From NCBI GenBank assembly GCA_002189035.1, contig NEEC01000018.1:992001-1056000 (forward strand): a stretch of DNA of 64,000 bases, given 5' to 3'. Origin of the DNA: Utricularia gibba (Eukaryota; Plantae; Magnoliophyta). A model generated the notes under the pieces. It had not been told where the DNA came from, ran no database searches, and was given only the letters and a program-made list of their open reading frames with translations. The translations under genes and the position numbers were made by a program. Positions 25,340 through 38,080 of this stretch are shown here, piece after piece; within the stretch, counting starts at the first letter, position 1, and each line of letters starts with the position of its first letter.

Positions 25340-28300
25340 CTAAGCAAAAGGATTTCCAGATGCTGCTGCAGCAACAGAACCCTGGGGCTGAGACTGAGGC
25401 TGCACCTGAACCGGAAGCTGGATGTTTCTGCAAAAATGGCACCGCGTCAGAAGAAGAAGAAGAAAGCAAATAGAACCGCCACCCACATCGAGGAAGTTCT
25501 TAAAATCTTGGTTTCGATGGGAGCTGAAATTGAAATAGTGTGCATACATACAAACAGGCTGATGTGGGGGAGTGTGTGTATTGTTTGTTAAAAATATGCA
25601 CTTATGAAACTTAACGGTATCTGGGGGATTGGGGCTTGTCCTGAAGCGTATCCCAGTGTGCCTGTACAGCAAAGCCAACAATTAGATGGGGAGGGTTATG
25701 GTGAAAGAAGACACTGTCACCATATAGGGGCATAGTTTGGAGCTGAACCTTCAGATAACCAAAAGTGATCTGCTCCACCAACGAAAGAAGTTGGCGTTTG
25801 GTTGTTTGGCAAAGCCGCTTGCAGAGAGCCCATGTCCCACATCTGGTATATCAAAACGACTATAGTAACTACAGCATAACCGCACTGACGAAATTGGACA
25901 AATTTCCTACATAACCACATGGATTTCTTAAAAAAAAAAAAAAGGTTGCAGCAGACAGACTGGGCATACCATGTTCCTCGTTTCCACCTCAGACTCATCC
26001 GGCAGATCGAATGGATTGGTTGGCCAGAGATTATTTTCCAGTGAATGTACACCAGCCTGAGGCAGAGAGAAACATGTCATCAAATAAATATGATTGACAG
26101 CAAGGAAATAGATACCAATAGGACTCTTGTTACCAATGAGGAAGCTATGGGCAAGCTGATCTCCATAAACAAATTAGATGATATGCCAGAAGACGCAGGT
26201 TCACCGGCCACTGCAGACCTGTTGCTGCTATCATTTTTCAAACCCTACAGAACAAAATCCCAGATGGTAAATTCAAGATTAGTGAGACCCAATTGAGATA
26301 GTGGGGAAACCAATACAACCACGCCTTGGCATTCAACATCAGAAGCAGCATATGCTGGCGTGATATCCTAGTATCATGGATTTACAGTACATTTTATTTT
26401 TCCATATAAATGATGGAAAAAGGCAGGGATTTTCCTGGTCTCACATATTGTGTTATTTCAATGACAAATGCTTACCGTGATGTCATTGGCTATGACATTA
26501 TGTCCATCTCCATGCTCAAAACCATATGCCGACAGAGAATGATCGTGCTTCGTAGAATCATGACAAGAAGAACTCTGTTCAACTGAAAAAGGGTTGGTAA
26601 TTTCTAAAACATTTCCACCTGAAATCGGCACTTCGGAAATGGAGGACTTTTCTTTCCCCATGGACATCAAGTTTTCAGGCAGATCAAATGTTGCCCATCC
26701 ATGAGTGTTAGGCATCATGATACTAGAAGTCTCAGACATGGAGACAGCAGGTGACTGTTGATGGAGCTCCATTGGAAACAAATTCAAGGATGAAAGTTGT
26801 TGGATCTCTGACGCTTGATGACTGGTGAATGTTGTAACACTCGAAGCAGGACACTGCTGAGCTGAGGTGACTGTTCCAGTCAAAGGTGGTTTTGAGAAAT
26901 TTATATCAGCAGCACTAAACTGAATCAAAGAAAAATCTTCTGTTGCAAAGGGTGCACCACTGAAGTTTGAGCCATCAAGGGCACCCGGGAATGAACAATT
27001 CTGTGATGACGTGGAAGAGGATCTGTCTTGGGAAAACTCTGCACACTGTTCAGGGGCAGCGCCACCCTCAAAAAGGCTCAGAGAATTCAGAGAACTGAAT
27101 GACACAGAACTGCTATCAAATGATGCAAACCCTCCACAAGATGATGCCCTCTGTTGAGAAAGATGCATGAAATGAAAGTCAGAGCACAAGAACCCTGGAT
27201 TTGGGCAACAAAAACCATTCATTGTTGAAGTCCTTGACCAATCTACTATCCTATATTCTTGTCTTAAAATGAGGCATCCTAATTTGAAATGTGTTTATCA
27301 TGAACACGACTAGGGAGGAAACAACAGCCAGAAACATCATAAAGATAAAGGGGGCAGGCATATTAGAGAAACAACAGGTTGATCGTAGTAAACAAAACCA
27401 AAAGACCGTAAAGAAAGGCGTGACCTGAGGATGAAAGATTCTTCCACTGTTTCGCCTGCTACTTCTATCTGCATCTTGTGGTCCTTTAGGAAGCTGCGGA
27501 GCATCACTTGGGATATCTCTAGAAGCTTCACTACATGGGCTTCCGCCAGAAAAAGAATAATCTGAGACTCTTGTGAAAGATCCATCATTTGAAAAGAGGT
27601 CATCATTTGGTTGGCCACTAAAATGAGTGGGGCTCAAAAACCCAGAAAGCTTTCCCTCGTAAAGACTACGATCAGAACCAGGCTTTTTAGAGAGTCCAAA
27701 TGCATTTTTACCATAACGCCGTTCTTCATACTGAAAATCATACGGTGGACTTTGAGAGTAAGAATGATATGAACTTGCTCGCCGTGAATGATCCTCAGGG
27801 CTTCTTATTCCTGCAGAATCAGTTCATCATCTATTAGCAATTTGATACAAACATCAGGCATAAAGACCGCAGTTAATGATTAAAACCTTTACCTCTGTAG
27901 AAGAATGGTCCAATGATTTTTCCACAGAATATTTTTTTTCTACATATACATTCTTTATGAATTGGCGGATCTTTTCAACATTACTGCAACACAAAGGAGC
28001 AGGTAAACATTCAATCCTTGTGAAAAAGTCTACAACTACTAAATGGCAGAGTTTTGACCTGTTGTCTGGAAGTCTCCTTAGTGGATCCCAGCCCTTCAGA
28101 AGGAGTTCCCTTGCTCGCTGGGAAGAAAATAAAAATGAGTAGAAATGAAAGCAACCCATGAGAACATATTTAACTAGCAACAAATCTCACCTGATTTCCA
28201 CCTTTTTGAAGAGCATTCACTTCCTGAGAAGTGAACTTAGCCATTGACACAGACTTCACACGATGCGTAAATTCACGGCTGGATACAAAAAAGAGAAAAA

Positions 28301-28719
28301 AAAATTACACCAGAATAAAGAATCAGAAAATCATTAGATTTCGAATATATGGAACCAGGAAGCATTGCACCAGAATAAAGAAAGAAAAAATCAAGCAAAT
28401 TAGTAATTACTGTACTCCACTGCATGTCGTACAAACGAACGTCCAAAAATCCGTGCAAACATACTGGGGGCCCTGCAGAAGTAGACAGGCACCAACATTC
28501 ATGAGCTAACCCAAGACTGACTCCTTTTTTTCATTCACATCAAAAACGTTAGAATCGTAAGGACCAAATTGAATATAACACATAAAACACCGATTTTTCT
28601 CAAGAAAAGTGATATATATGTACCAAACTGTTGCAGTTCAAGCATCGGCGATTGGGAGGGAGCTTCATCAAACCCCTGATGATCTTCTCGTTCCTCGCTT
28701 CTTCTCTCTTGGTGGCCAT
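25340..28719 (-). CDS. AGD14: ArfGAP-domain protein AGD14-like
   Basis: MATKREEARNEKIIRGLMKLPPNRRCLNCNSLGPQYVCTDFWTFVCTTCSGVHREFTHRVKSVSMAKFT, RRASSYHSYSQSPPYDFQYEERRYGK, C-terminal SGNPFA. Internal exons only partly traced. Confidence 0.88.
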
Positions 28720-29768
28720 TTTCACCAAAATCGAATCCCCAACCCCCAAAAAGCAGAATAAATCGAATATAAACACACCAAAAATCCCCACTTGACGAAA
28801 CAACGCAAAAACCTATCAGAACCTTCCAAAGATTAATCGAACGCGAGAGAGGATTGGGTTTCAGGATACAAGGGATGAAGAAAAACCCAACTTCGAAGGA
28901 GCAGCTGCTTCAGTCCCTCTCTTTTCTCAACGCTCCAATTCAATTCGTTCATGGAGATCATTCCTCTGACAATTATTGCCGTTGGAGAAGGCTATCGCCA
29001 CGCCATCCATAGTGTGCGCCTTCCACATAGTTGTACGTCATGCTTTAAACTTGGTTCCTTCGATTGGAAATAGTAAATCAAGACGGTGCTTTTAAAAAAT
29101 CAAACAACGCTCCGTAGCCTGGGGGCCCTACCCTACCGCATTGTCATTCCTTTCCAGATTCACCCTCCCTAAGTTGGTAAATTACGTAAATGGATTTCTA
29201 CTATTTATAAACTTCAAATATATCACTGTACTTCTGGATATATTATTTTAACCCCAGACTCTCCGTACAAAAAACCGTTCGTTCATCCAACCCATTTTCT
29301 CCTCTGTTTCGTATGGGGAGGATTTCACTGAAGTCGGCGACTGCTCTGTTCGCTGACGACATTCGTCTCGAGAGCTATAACACGAATGTTGCCAGTTTTC
29401 AAGCCCATCGCCTCGGAAATTTCTAGTTTTTCTTGTGGAGACACCGCACAGCTACCACCTGAGATACGGTAAGTTCTCCTGTTCGAGGCTCGGAATCTTG
29501 AAATGAATGCGAGGTTTCCTTCTGTCCCTATCGACGTTTCATTTGGTTTCTGGTGATACAGATAGTTGGGGGTAAATTAGGTGATTGATGTGTCCCTATT
29601 ATGAGTCAACTTTTCAAAGATTGAGGCCGGAAATGTTTCAGGAATTTTTTTCGACCGATTCATCCTTTCTTTAAGAAAAAAAATTTCCAAGTGGGATTTT
29701 TAAACCTTTGGTGCATTGTTGACCCTTATGTTAGAGTTATTGGCATAAATTTCTTAACTTCACTCCAG

Positions 29769-30469
29769 GAGGATGCCGGTGATGCTTCCATTAAGTTTGA
29801 TGACGTCGAAACCCGCGGAAACAGAATCAATTCTCAGAAGGTGGCCTCTTTATCTGAAGAGTCTCTCGCTAGAGACAGCAAACACAGTGTAATTGAGAAA
29901 CTCAGTGGCACTTTCCAAGAAGAACTAGTCGAGACAGCAACTTCAGAAGTTGCAAATTTGCCACTGGATGGCAATCAAATAGAAGGTAAAGTTCAGAAAG
30001 CTACTTCTTCTGAGGGGAAATCTGCCAGCCTTCAGAAGATGAAGATTTCGATCATGAAGTTAAATCTCCAAAGGAAGCACATTCAGCTACTACACCCTCT
30101 AAAGCAAATGGAAAAAGATCGACCTCAAGTTCAAGTGAAACTCTGATTCAAGATCAAGTGATTGACAGTTTCCAACAACTCTGTCCGTTCATTTCAAGGT
30201 GCATGCTTTATTTATTTTCTCGGGCTTTGTGTGTGCCTTTTACTCAAAGACAAGGTTTCTTTATGGCCTTCAGGAATGAGTTCTCATCCGATTCCCTGAA
30301 AGTGAAATTTGATAATGCTTTCTCTCCTTATTTGTTGGTGGTTTGCCATAGGGAAAGTCATTTCCTGCTCATTTTTACCTTACAAAACTGTAGTTGTGCT
30401 TCTGAGGATCCTCAGAGTTGGTTTCTTCAGCTCATGTCTAGAAGTTCTGAGTATCATGTATCTGTGTGA
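29769..30469 (+). CDS. Putative uncharacterised protein (acidic/Ser-rich), start unresolved, apparent frameshift at ~30029
   Basis: Acceptor at 29768, then a long open frame that continues in the -1 frame (PSEDEDFDHEVKSPK...VIDSFQQLCPFISR) to a GT donor. Further exon-like pieces lie downstream. Family not recognised. Confidence 0.45.
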
Positions 30470-30520
30470 GTGTGATTCAAAAACCTCAGGCTGTTCGTAC
30501 AAGCAACTAGTGCTGAAAAC

Positions 30521-32643
30521 TCAAAAGCTCAGTCTTTTCCTGCAACCCCCACGGGGGAAGGCCCCAAAAGCATGGCAAGATTTCAACTCATTCACCAGCT
30601 CTTCAACCAAATCTTTCCACACAATCTCATGCAGAGCTACTCCCACTCTTCCCTCTTCCTTCTTTTCCCCGGAAAAGACAACTTCGAATGCTTCTTCCAG
30701 GCTCCTACTCACCTCCCCTGATCGCTGCCAGGTGCTGCTTCTACGGTAGCCCACCGATCAGCCACCGCCACCCTCCTCTCAAGCTTGTTATTCATCTCCT
30801 CCTCCTCCTCCTCCTCCTCCGCGCCGCCGCCGCCTCTCTGGGCTCCTTGGCCGCTTCCGGGACATCCTGCCAGGGGCTGGAAAATGTCCCTGCAAGGTAG
30901 AACAGTGTAATTATCATTCCAACATGTTTGCTACATGATTAATGAATTTAGGATGATGAATTGCATGCAGTATAGATACTAATTCAATCATGGATAACTA
31001 AAATTCATAGATATTCTGGAAAATGTTTTCATTTATAAAATTAGAAATAAATATTGTGGGTTTTATATAACATTATTTTGTTAGATGACTTTTCTAAAAC
31101 TAAATATATTTCTAAAAAGTCTTTATTAAAATGAGTTGTGTTTTGCAAATAAAAAATTTAATCCAAAATAGTATCAGTAGTATGATCACGTTCTTTAATT
31201 TGAAGCTCTACTTCAAATTATATAAAATAAAATAAATTTTAAAATTATATGAATAAAATAAATTTTGAGATTTTAAAATATTTTAAATAATATAAATTAT
31301 ATTATATAATTTAATAAAATATAATATATATTATATAATTTAATATTATGATATACATGTATTTTAGGATAAATAAAAATTAAATATTATAATTTTTATT
31401 TAATCATTAAAATAGATATTAAAAATTCAATAATTTATAAAGATAATCATATATTTTAAATTTTATTATAGGATTTAAAATTATATATACTATATTTAAA
31501 AAATAATAACATCATGGCGCTCTCCACTAACTGGGCGCGGAGTACCAAAAGGACAGTGGGGTGACCGACTTTTGCCCCCAAAAGGTAAACATTTTGAGGG
31601 TACTTATGTAAATAAGTGAAAAATGAAGGGCATTCCGACAAAAAAGAGAAGCTTATGCCCTTATGGTACCAAAAACATTCATTTCCCCTTTAAATTAGTT
31701 GTCTCCTTTGACCGATTAACAGCCCCTTGATAAGTAAATCCCATTTGGACCACTTATTAAGGGTCACTTTTTTACTAATTATTTTCCTCTAAAAATACAA
31801 TAAATTTAGAAATACATTTTTTAATTTTTGAAATTAAAATCATTTTTCCAATACACAACCCCACACTTACTTATCCCCATCAAATAACTAATTGAGTAGC
31901 ACGTTGCTTTATTAACCATTGATTTCCATTAATAGATGAGTGGCGTTGATTTAAAAAAAAATTGAAAAAAAATGGTGGAAAATAGGTTAAAAAAAGAGGG
32001 CTAACCTTTGTTAGATTCCGGTGGAGATGTTAACCGTTGGGCGGCGACGACGAGCTTCTCCATGCACGGCGGAGTCTCCATTTGTGGGCTGCGAATCTCA
32101 GTCGTCTGCACGGCGGTGATTATCCGCTTGAGCGCCTCGAGATCCCGGTTGCATTTCTCAAGAGCGTGTTGGAGTTGGCGCCTCTTTTCCTCTAAAGGTT
32201 CCGGCCTTCTCACACTCGTCGCCACGACGTCGTTCTCGTGCAACCCCATGAGCTTCGCCACGAAGGAGTAAGCGTAGGGGGCAGTCACGACGGCCGATCG
32301 CCGGATCTCCGGTGGCAGAGTGGGGCTCCTCATATCGCTTCCCCATTTCTTCTCCTCGCCTTCCCTTCTTCCTTCCGTCAACAGCTTCATTCCTCTACCC
32401 TGCTTCCTCCCTAAATCAACACCAACAGAAACCAGTTAACCGGAAGCCACCCACACGACGGGTTCCAATTTCGAGTACCGCGTGCGTACCAAACGTTAGG
32501 AGACGATTACTAGAAGCCTGCTTCTTGGAAAAGAAGTGCAAGATGCCGGACATGCAGCCGATGGATTTGACCCGGTGAGCCTCCGGCAATGCGGCGTGGC
32601 GGCGGGAAGAGGTAGACGGCGAGCTCTCTTGCCGCCTCAGCAT
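30521..32643 (-). CDS. TON1-recruiting-motif-like (DUF3741/VARLMGL) protein, two apparent frameshifts in the last exon
   Basis: Exons 32643-32490, 32410-32006, ~30890-30521. IGCMSGILHFF, RSPTLPPEIRRS, FVAKLMGL, EKRRQLQHALEKC, GVALHEIVWKDLVEELV, GCRKRLSF. Confidence 0.8.
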
Positions 32644-33857
32644 GTTTTCCGGCGAGCGAGTAGCGCTTGCTGTGTTGCTTGGTGTGGTGTGGTGACAATA
32701 ATTACCAATACTAAAGCACAAGGCAGGCTTTTCCTTTTTAGCAATAAAAAAAGGGAATTCACATGAGAAATGTGAGTGACAAGCCACAAACTGAATGAAT
32801 ATTTACAGTTAGTATCTAACAGTTATATGGTTAACTTGAGTTGTTGAAAAATCAAAGGTGAATTAAATGTTTCCAATTATGGTCCTCTACTGCATAAATG
32901 TTTCCATTTATGGACCTCTCCAGTCTCCATCTTCACTCTTTTTTTTTTTTGTCCTCTCAATTTATTTTAGCTGGTGTAATGATCATTTATTTTTTTTAAA
33001 AAAAATTAATCTCAATATCCTAAAATCTAAAAATATAATAAAATTTTCACTTACCAAATGCAACAATTATCCATTTTATAGTATATTATTATTCGTTTAA
33101 AATACTTGATCTATATAGTTTTATGTTATTTAATTTCGAAGAAAAATTATCGTATAAAATTAAGAGAATTTATTTATTAAATATATTATCTTTTTTCATT
33201 CATAATTAATGTATTTAAATATATTACCATCACAATATTCCTAATCTTACATTAGGATTTGTATTTGTTTAGATTTTTTTAAATTTTTGTGTGTGATTTT
33301 AATCATAAATCATATGAAAGCTATTATTGTGAAAATAAAAATTAAAATCGATATTTGCTGCTGAATAATGAAGATTTAAGTTAATTTAATGGTTATAAAA
33401 AGACTTTAGACATCTAGATTCTATTTATAGTAAATTTGTTTTTAGAAATAGTTCCACAAACATTTTTCTTACAAATACGAGATTAAAAAATATATAAATT
33501 TAGAAAATTTTATTATTTTTAATAATTTGCAGCGATCAATTTATATTTTATTCGAATTATTAACCAGAAAATGATTGCGATAAATAGAATCAGACATAAT
33601 TTTATTTTAGAAGTTGAAATGGGAATATTTCTTTATATTTAATTTCTGGATTATTAATTACGATTAAATCTTCGGATTATAAAATAATACGATTTTTTTT
33701 AAAAAAAGATTTCAATATTAAACTCTAAATATATTAATATTGCGTTTAAATTTGTACTCGGGTTTTGATTCCAAGGGAAAAAGGGCTGTGGCCCAGAGGA
33801 GACATCCCAGAGAGAGGTTCTCGCGTTCTTGATGGAAGCAAAAGCAAAAAGTGAAAA

Positions 33858-34567
33858 ATGGCGGAACAACTCAGCCGACGACCAGATCTCTGAGTTCAAG
33901 GAAGCATTCGTCCTTTCAGGCGAGGATGCCGACGGTGCAGTGCGATCCGGTTTATTTTCTTCTTCGAATTATCTCGTCCGATTTGACTCGATGCATTTCA
34001 GCTTTTTCTTTCTAGGATCTTGAGCTGCAAACTTGTGCGATGGTCAGATTCTTTCGCAGTTTTCAGAATCATCATATGAATTGAAGTGCCAGCCGTTATT
34101 TGTCAAATCATTGGCATACGATTCTGATTCTCTGGCTAATTAAGAGGGAAAACTCTTGAGTTTTTTGAGTCGGATCAGTTCAAGTTCGAAATGAGCTCAA
34201 TCCCTTCGAAATCTCGATATCACACGAGATCTTCGAACCTGTTTCTGACTCGTGTTCCTGAGATTAAGGAATTGATTGCAGGATTTTGTATGGGAAGAAG
34301 AATTTATTGCGGATTCCATTGTACAGGCTGCATCACTTCCAAGGAACTTGGAACAGTGATGCGATCCCCTGGGCACCCACAGCGGCCAAAATGCAGGTTA
34401 TGATCAATGAAGTGGATGCAGATGGCTATGGCACCATCGACTTTCCAAAGTTCATGAACCTCATGGCATTTCGAGTATAAGACAAGGATCAAAGTGGCTT
34501 CACTGATGAGGAAGCGAATGAAATGATCAGAGAAGAAGATGCTGATGGCGATGGCCGGCCGTGATGA
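33858..34567 (+). pseudogene. Calmodulin pseudogene (unprocessed)
   Basis: MAEQL/DDQISEFKEAF with a frameshift, the plant CaM phase-1 intron (33935-34326), [30 protein letters not shown], an internal TAA, two internal deletions and premature stops. Confidence 0.92.
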
Positions 34568-35362
34568 GCCAGGTTTACTTTCTTTTCTCGGGGACTCAAA
34601 CGTGGTCACACAAATCTTTATGAGATTTGATTCTATTCTTTTCAAAATATTTTTAATAAAATAAAAATTAAATATGCATTTTCTTGAAAATAAAAAGTGT
34701 TCTCAAATTTTTATTTTTTTTAAATAATAAAAAAGTATTTTTGAAATAAAAAAAGCTATTTCAAATAGATTCCTAAGACACATATTGCATTTTCCAAATA
34801 CAATTAATAACCTTTTATTTATATTTTATTACAAATGTTTTTTGAAAATTATTTTTAATGAAAATAAACAAATAAATACTAATTTTTTGCATGTTTGGAT
34901 CATGGTGTTTGGTAGACGGACTGATCAGCTATTCCTATTTGTAGGAAGGGTGGAGTTAGTTGCAAGAACCATCAATGGCGTTGGCGTGTATGGTGTGTTC
35001 TGAGAGTTTATATAAATCAAGGAAGCATGTTTTTTATACATGCAATACAGAAAACAGCGAGCAAGAAGATGGGCGGCGGATGGCCGCCATAAAAACTCCC
35101 AAGAGTTCAGAGTATAAATCTGGAGTGTGGGCCAATAGAATAAATAGGACAGGAGGGAAAACTTTTACAGCTATGCTATTATCCCTTCATCATGAACCAC
35201 CGTCGGCCCTCCGGCCATAAATGTCGAGCTACGAATGAAGTATGCGTAACTCGTGGAAACAAAAAAAAAACAAACAAACAACAGAGAGCGCTTACCGTTC
35301 TGAGTCCTTTCTTACTGAAGCCAGCGATCTAAGCGGGATGTGAGTCTTCTTACAATACTGGG

Positions 35363-37842
35363 GATGGAAGGTAAGATAAAGGTATTGTAATCTTAATTTT
35401 GCTCTTCTTTTTTTAGCCCAGCTGATCCCTTATCGTCTTGACTGAACTGGGTTCGTTGAATTTGAGTCAGTTTGTGATGGGTGATGCTTTTTCCATAATT
35501 CGCTGAGTGATTCCTTCTTGGGAAGATTATTTTTGTCCAAAACAAAGTAAACGTTTTTGTGGGTATTGCTAATTTGTTGACAGTATACAATATCTACTTC
35601 ATAATTGGGACGATGATGATAGATCGAGGATGTAAGAGCTGAAATCATTCTAGGCTTAGTTTAGTTGCCAGCTTTATTTTAGCAGTTGTCGTTGAAACTA
35701 TTTATGTTGGTTATATATAAGTTGTCTTTTTGTTTGACTACAGATCGAAATTCAGTGGACTCCGTAATGAAAAGATCGAATTTCTCATCCAGATCCAGCG
35801 ATGTGATTCAGGATAGGAAGGATTTCCTGCATGGATTTGTTGACAGAGAAATCTTTAAAGAAGCTCTTGTAACCTGGTTTGAAGATATAGCCCAAAAGGG
35901 TGGCTCTTCAACATTTGGTGCTCCTTTCGAGCTGGTGGAACTTCAGAAGTTCGATTATGCGCTGGAAGGGGTTAGATTTCTGCAACTAGTTCGTATGCCA
36001 AATACTATTTATGCATCAACTTCCAGCGGTGGAATCAACTAGTTATCTTGCGCTTGAGGATTTCTTGCATGCATCTATGACTGCTCTGTGGAGCGCTTTC
36101 TGGGGCAATACAGATGATAATGCAAAACCATTCTTTGTCTCTTCTTTGCATGGTGCTAACTTTAGATTTTACCAAGCAGAGAAAGCTCTTTCTAAAGGCA
36201 AACTTAGTGGTCTTTGTGGGTCAGCTGTATTGCTAAAGAACCCTAGACATCCTCAACCAAAATGGGATGACATTGTTGAGTTAACATTGATGCGGCATGG
36301 TGTTGGAAGTCTTGTTTCATTTGAGGGTGATTCAAACCTCCTCTTGGAGCTGCGATATCTGAAGCTTTGTTCTTCGCACTTCGCGTATTGATTGCTAGAA
36401 GTTCCAGTAGGTCACATATTTCCATGAGCTCGAATTCTGTTTTTGTGATTCTAGTTGATTCTCAGAATGGCTATGTTATCAAGGTTGAGGGTGATGTAAG
36501 CAAGCTGGAATTACATCCAAAAAGTGTTTACAGATCTGCTGCTACATGGTACAAAAACCATTCACAAGTGACCATGTCCTCAGTCTATAGGATATGGAAC
36601 ACGCTTGGGAATGCTGACTGGCGAGATATCGGTGCTCTACAAGTTCTCTATGCCATGTTTCAGTCACTAATCCAATATGCTGGAATTCCTAAACATAGTA
36701 TTGAAGATTTGGTTGCAGAGCACAATTCCCGTCTTCATGCTCGGAGACACGAACGACTAATTGATGAGCACCGGTTGAAAGACAATCACTTGTTACTATC
36801 TCAGAATCGTAATGCTCAGTCAGAAATCATCCATGTCCAGGAAGGCTACTATCCTAATACAGATCCTGAGAAAGCGGTGAAGCTAGAGGTAGGAAATATT
36901 GTACTAGTGAAATGCTCGAGCTCACAGCAAGGATATCAGATAGATGAGATCCTGAATGATGGCCAATTTACATTTTACATTGCATCTCTTGTGGAAGATC
37001 CTTCAAAGGAATTTTTTCTATATGTGGGTTCACTTATTTCGCATCAGGAATCAGCATTGGAAGGTATGAACTCTTGGTATCAAGTTCAAAGGCAAACCAA
37101 GGTATTGACCGTCATGAGACAGAAGGATTTGTCTAGTAAGCATCTTCCCAAACTCATTGCTTCAGGCCGTGTAGTTCATCTCTGGGCAGTGCCAGAACCC
37201 GAACACAGGTCATAGTAGCTATGAATGTGACCATTCCTTGTGCGGAGCTCCTATACTTGTCACCAGTCCCGTTGGAAGAACTGTTGCTGATATGGCGAGA
37301 GCCGGCCAATTTGATGCAAATGAGGCTATAAGATGTTGCCACGACTGCTTGTGTGCGTTATCAATCAGTGCAGCTGCCGGAATCCGCCATGGGAATATCA
37401 GACCTGAAAATGTTATCGCTGATGTATACGACACCAGACCGCCATGCTATGTTCTCACAGGATGGAGCCGTGCCATTTTAGATGAAAATGATCGTCCTGT
37501 CATGGACCTGCATTTTTCTTCCACTTCTGCACTTCAGGAGGGATTTTGTGCTCGGCTTCCGACGCAGAAAGCCTGGTGTACCTGCTGTATTTTTCAACCG
37601 GCGGTGAGTTGCCTGTTCTGGATTCGATCGAGAAAGCTCTGCGATGGCGAGAAGCATCCTGGACCAGGAGGCTGATCCAACAGAAATTAGGTGACATTTC
37701 TGCTGTTCTGAAGGCGTTTGCAGACTATGTGGACAGCCTCTGCGGCACACCATATCCCATCGACTACGATGTCTGGATAAGAAGGCTGAGAAGACATATT
37801 CAAGGACAGGAATCTGGAAGGCAAGCCAGTGCATCAGAGTAG
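35363..37842 (+). CDS. Conserved uncharacterised plant protein with C-terminal kinase-like fold, four frame breaks
   Basis: Micro-exon ATGGAAG 35363-35369, then an exon from 35744. Five consecutive ORF pieces form one protein: LQKFDYALEG, LALEDFLHAS, WYQVQRQTKVL, CCHDCL, HGNIRPEN, KAFADYVDSLCGTPYP. Confidence 0.8.
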
Positions 37843-37974
37843 AACTGTACATAAGCATGTATATCACAGAGAAATGCTGTTATTCAATTATAGCCTCAGA
37901 TTGGAGACTCACTTCCTTTCATTTCTCAAACAAATTTCACTGCAGCTATTGTAACAATTTTAACGCAACACAGA

Positions 37975-38080
37975 TAGCACCTCAAAGTGGTAGAGAAATG
38001 GAAGGAGCAGTTTAATCCTCTGCAGCAGCCACATTGGCTTCACCTTTATCATGCACATCATAGAACTCCTTGGTTTTTTT
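37975..38080 (-). pseudogene. 5'-truncated COX5C duplicate (relic)
   Basis: Encodes KTKEFYDVHDKGEANVAAAED*, against KTKEFYDMYDKGEISVVATED* in COX5C. Similarity continues into the 3' UTR. Confidence 0.85.
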
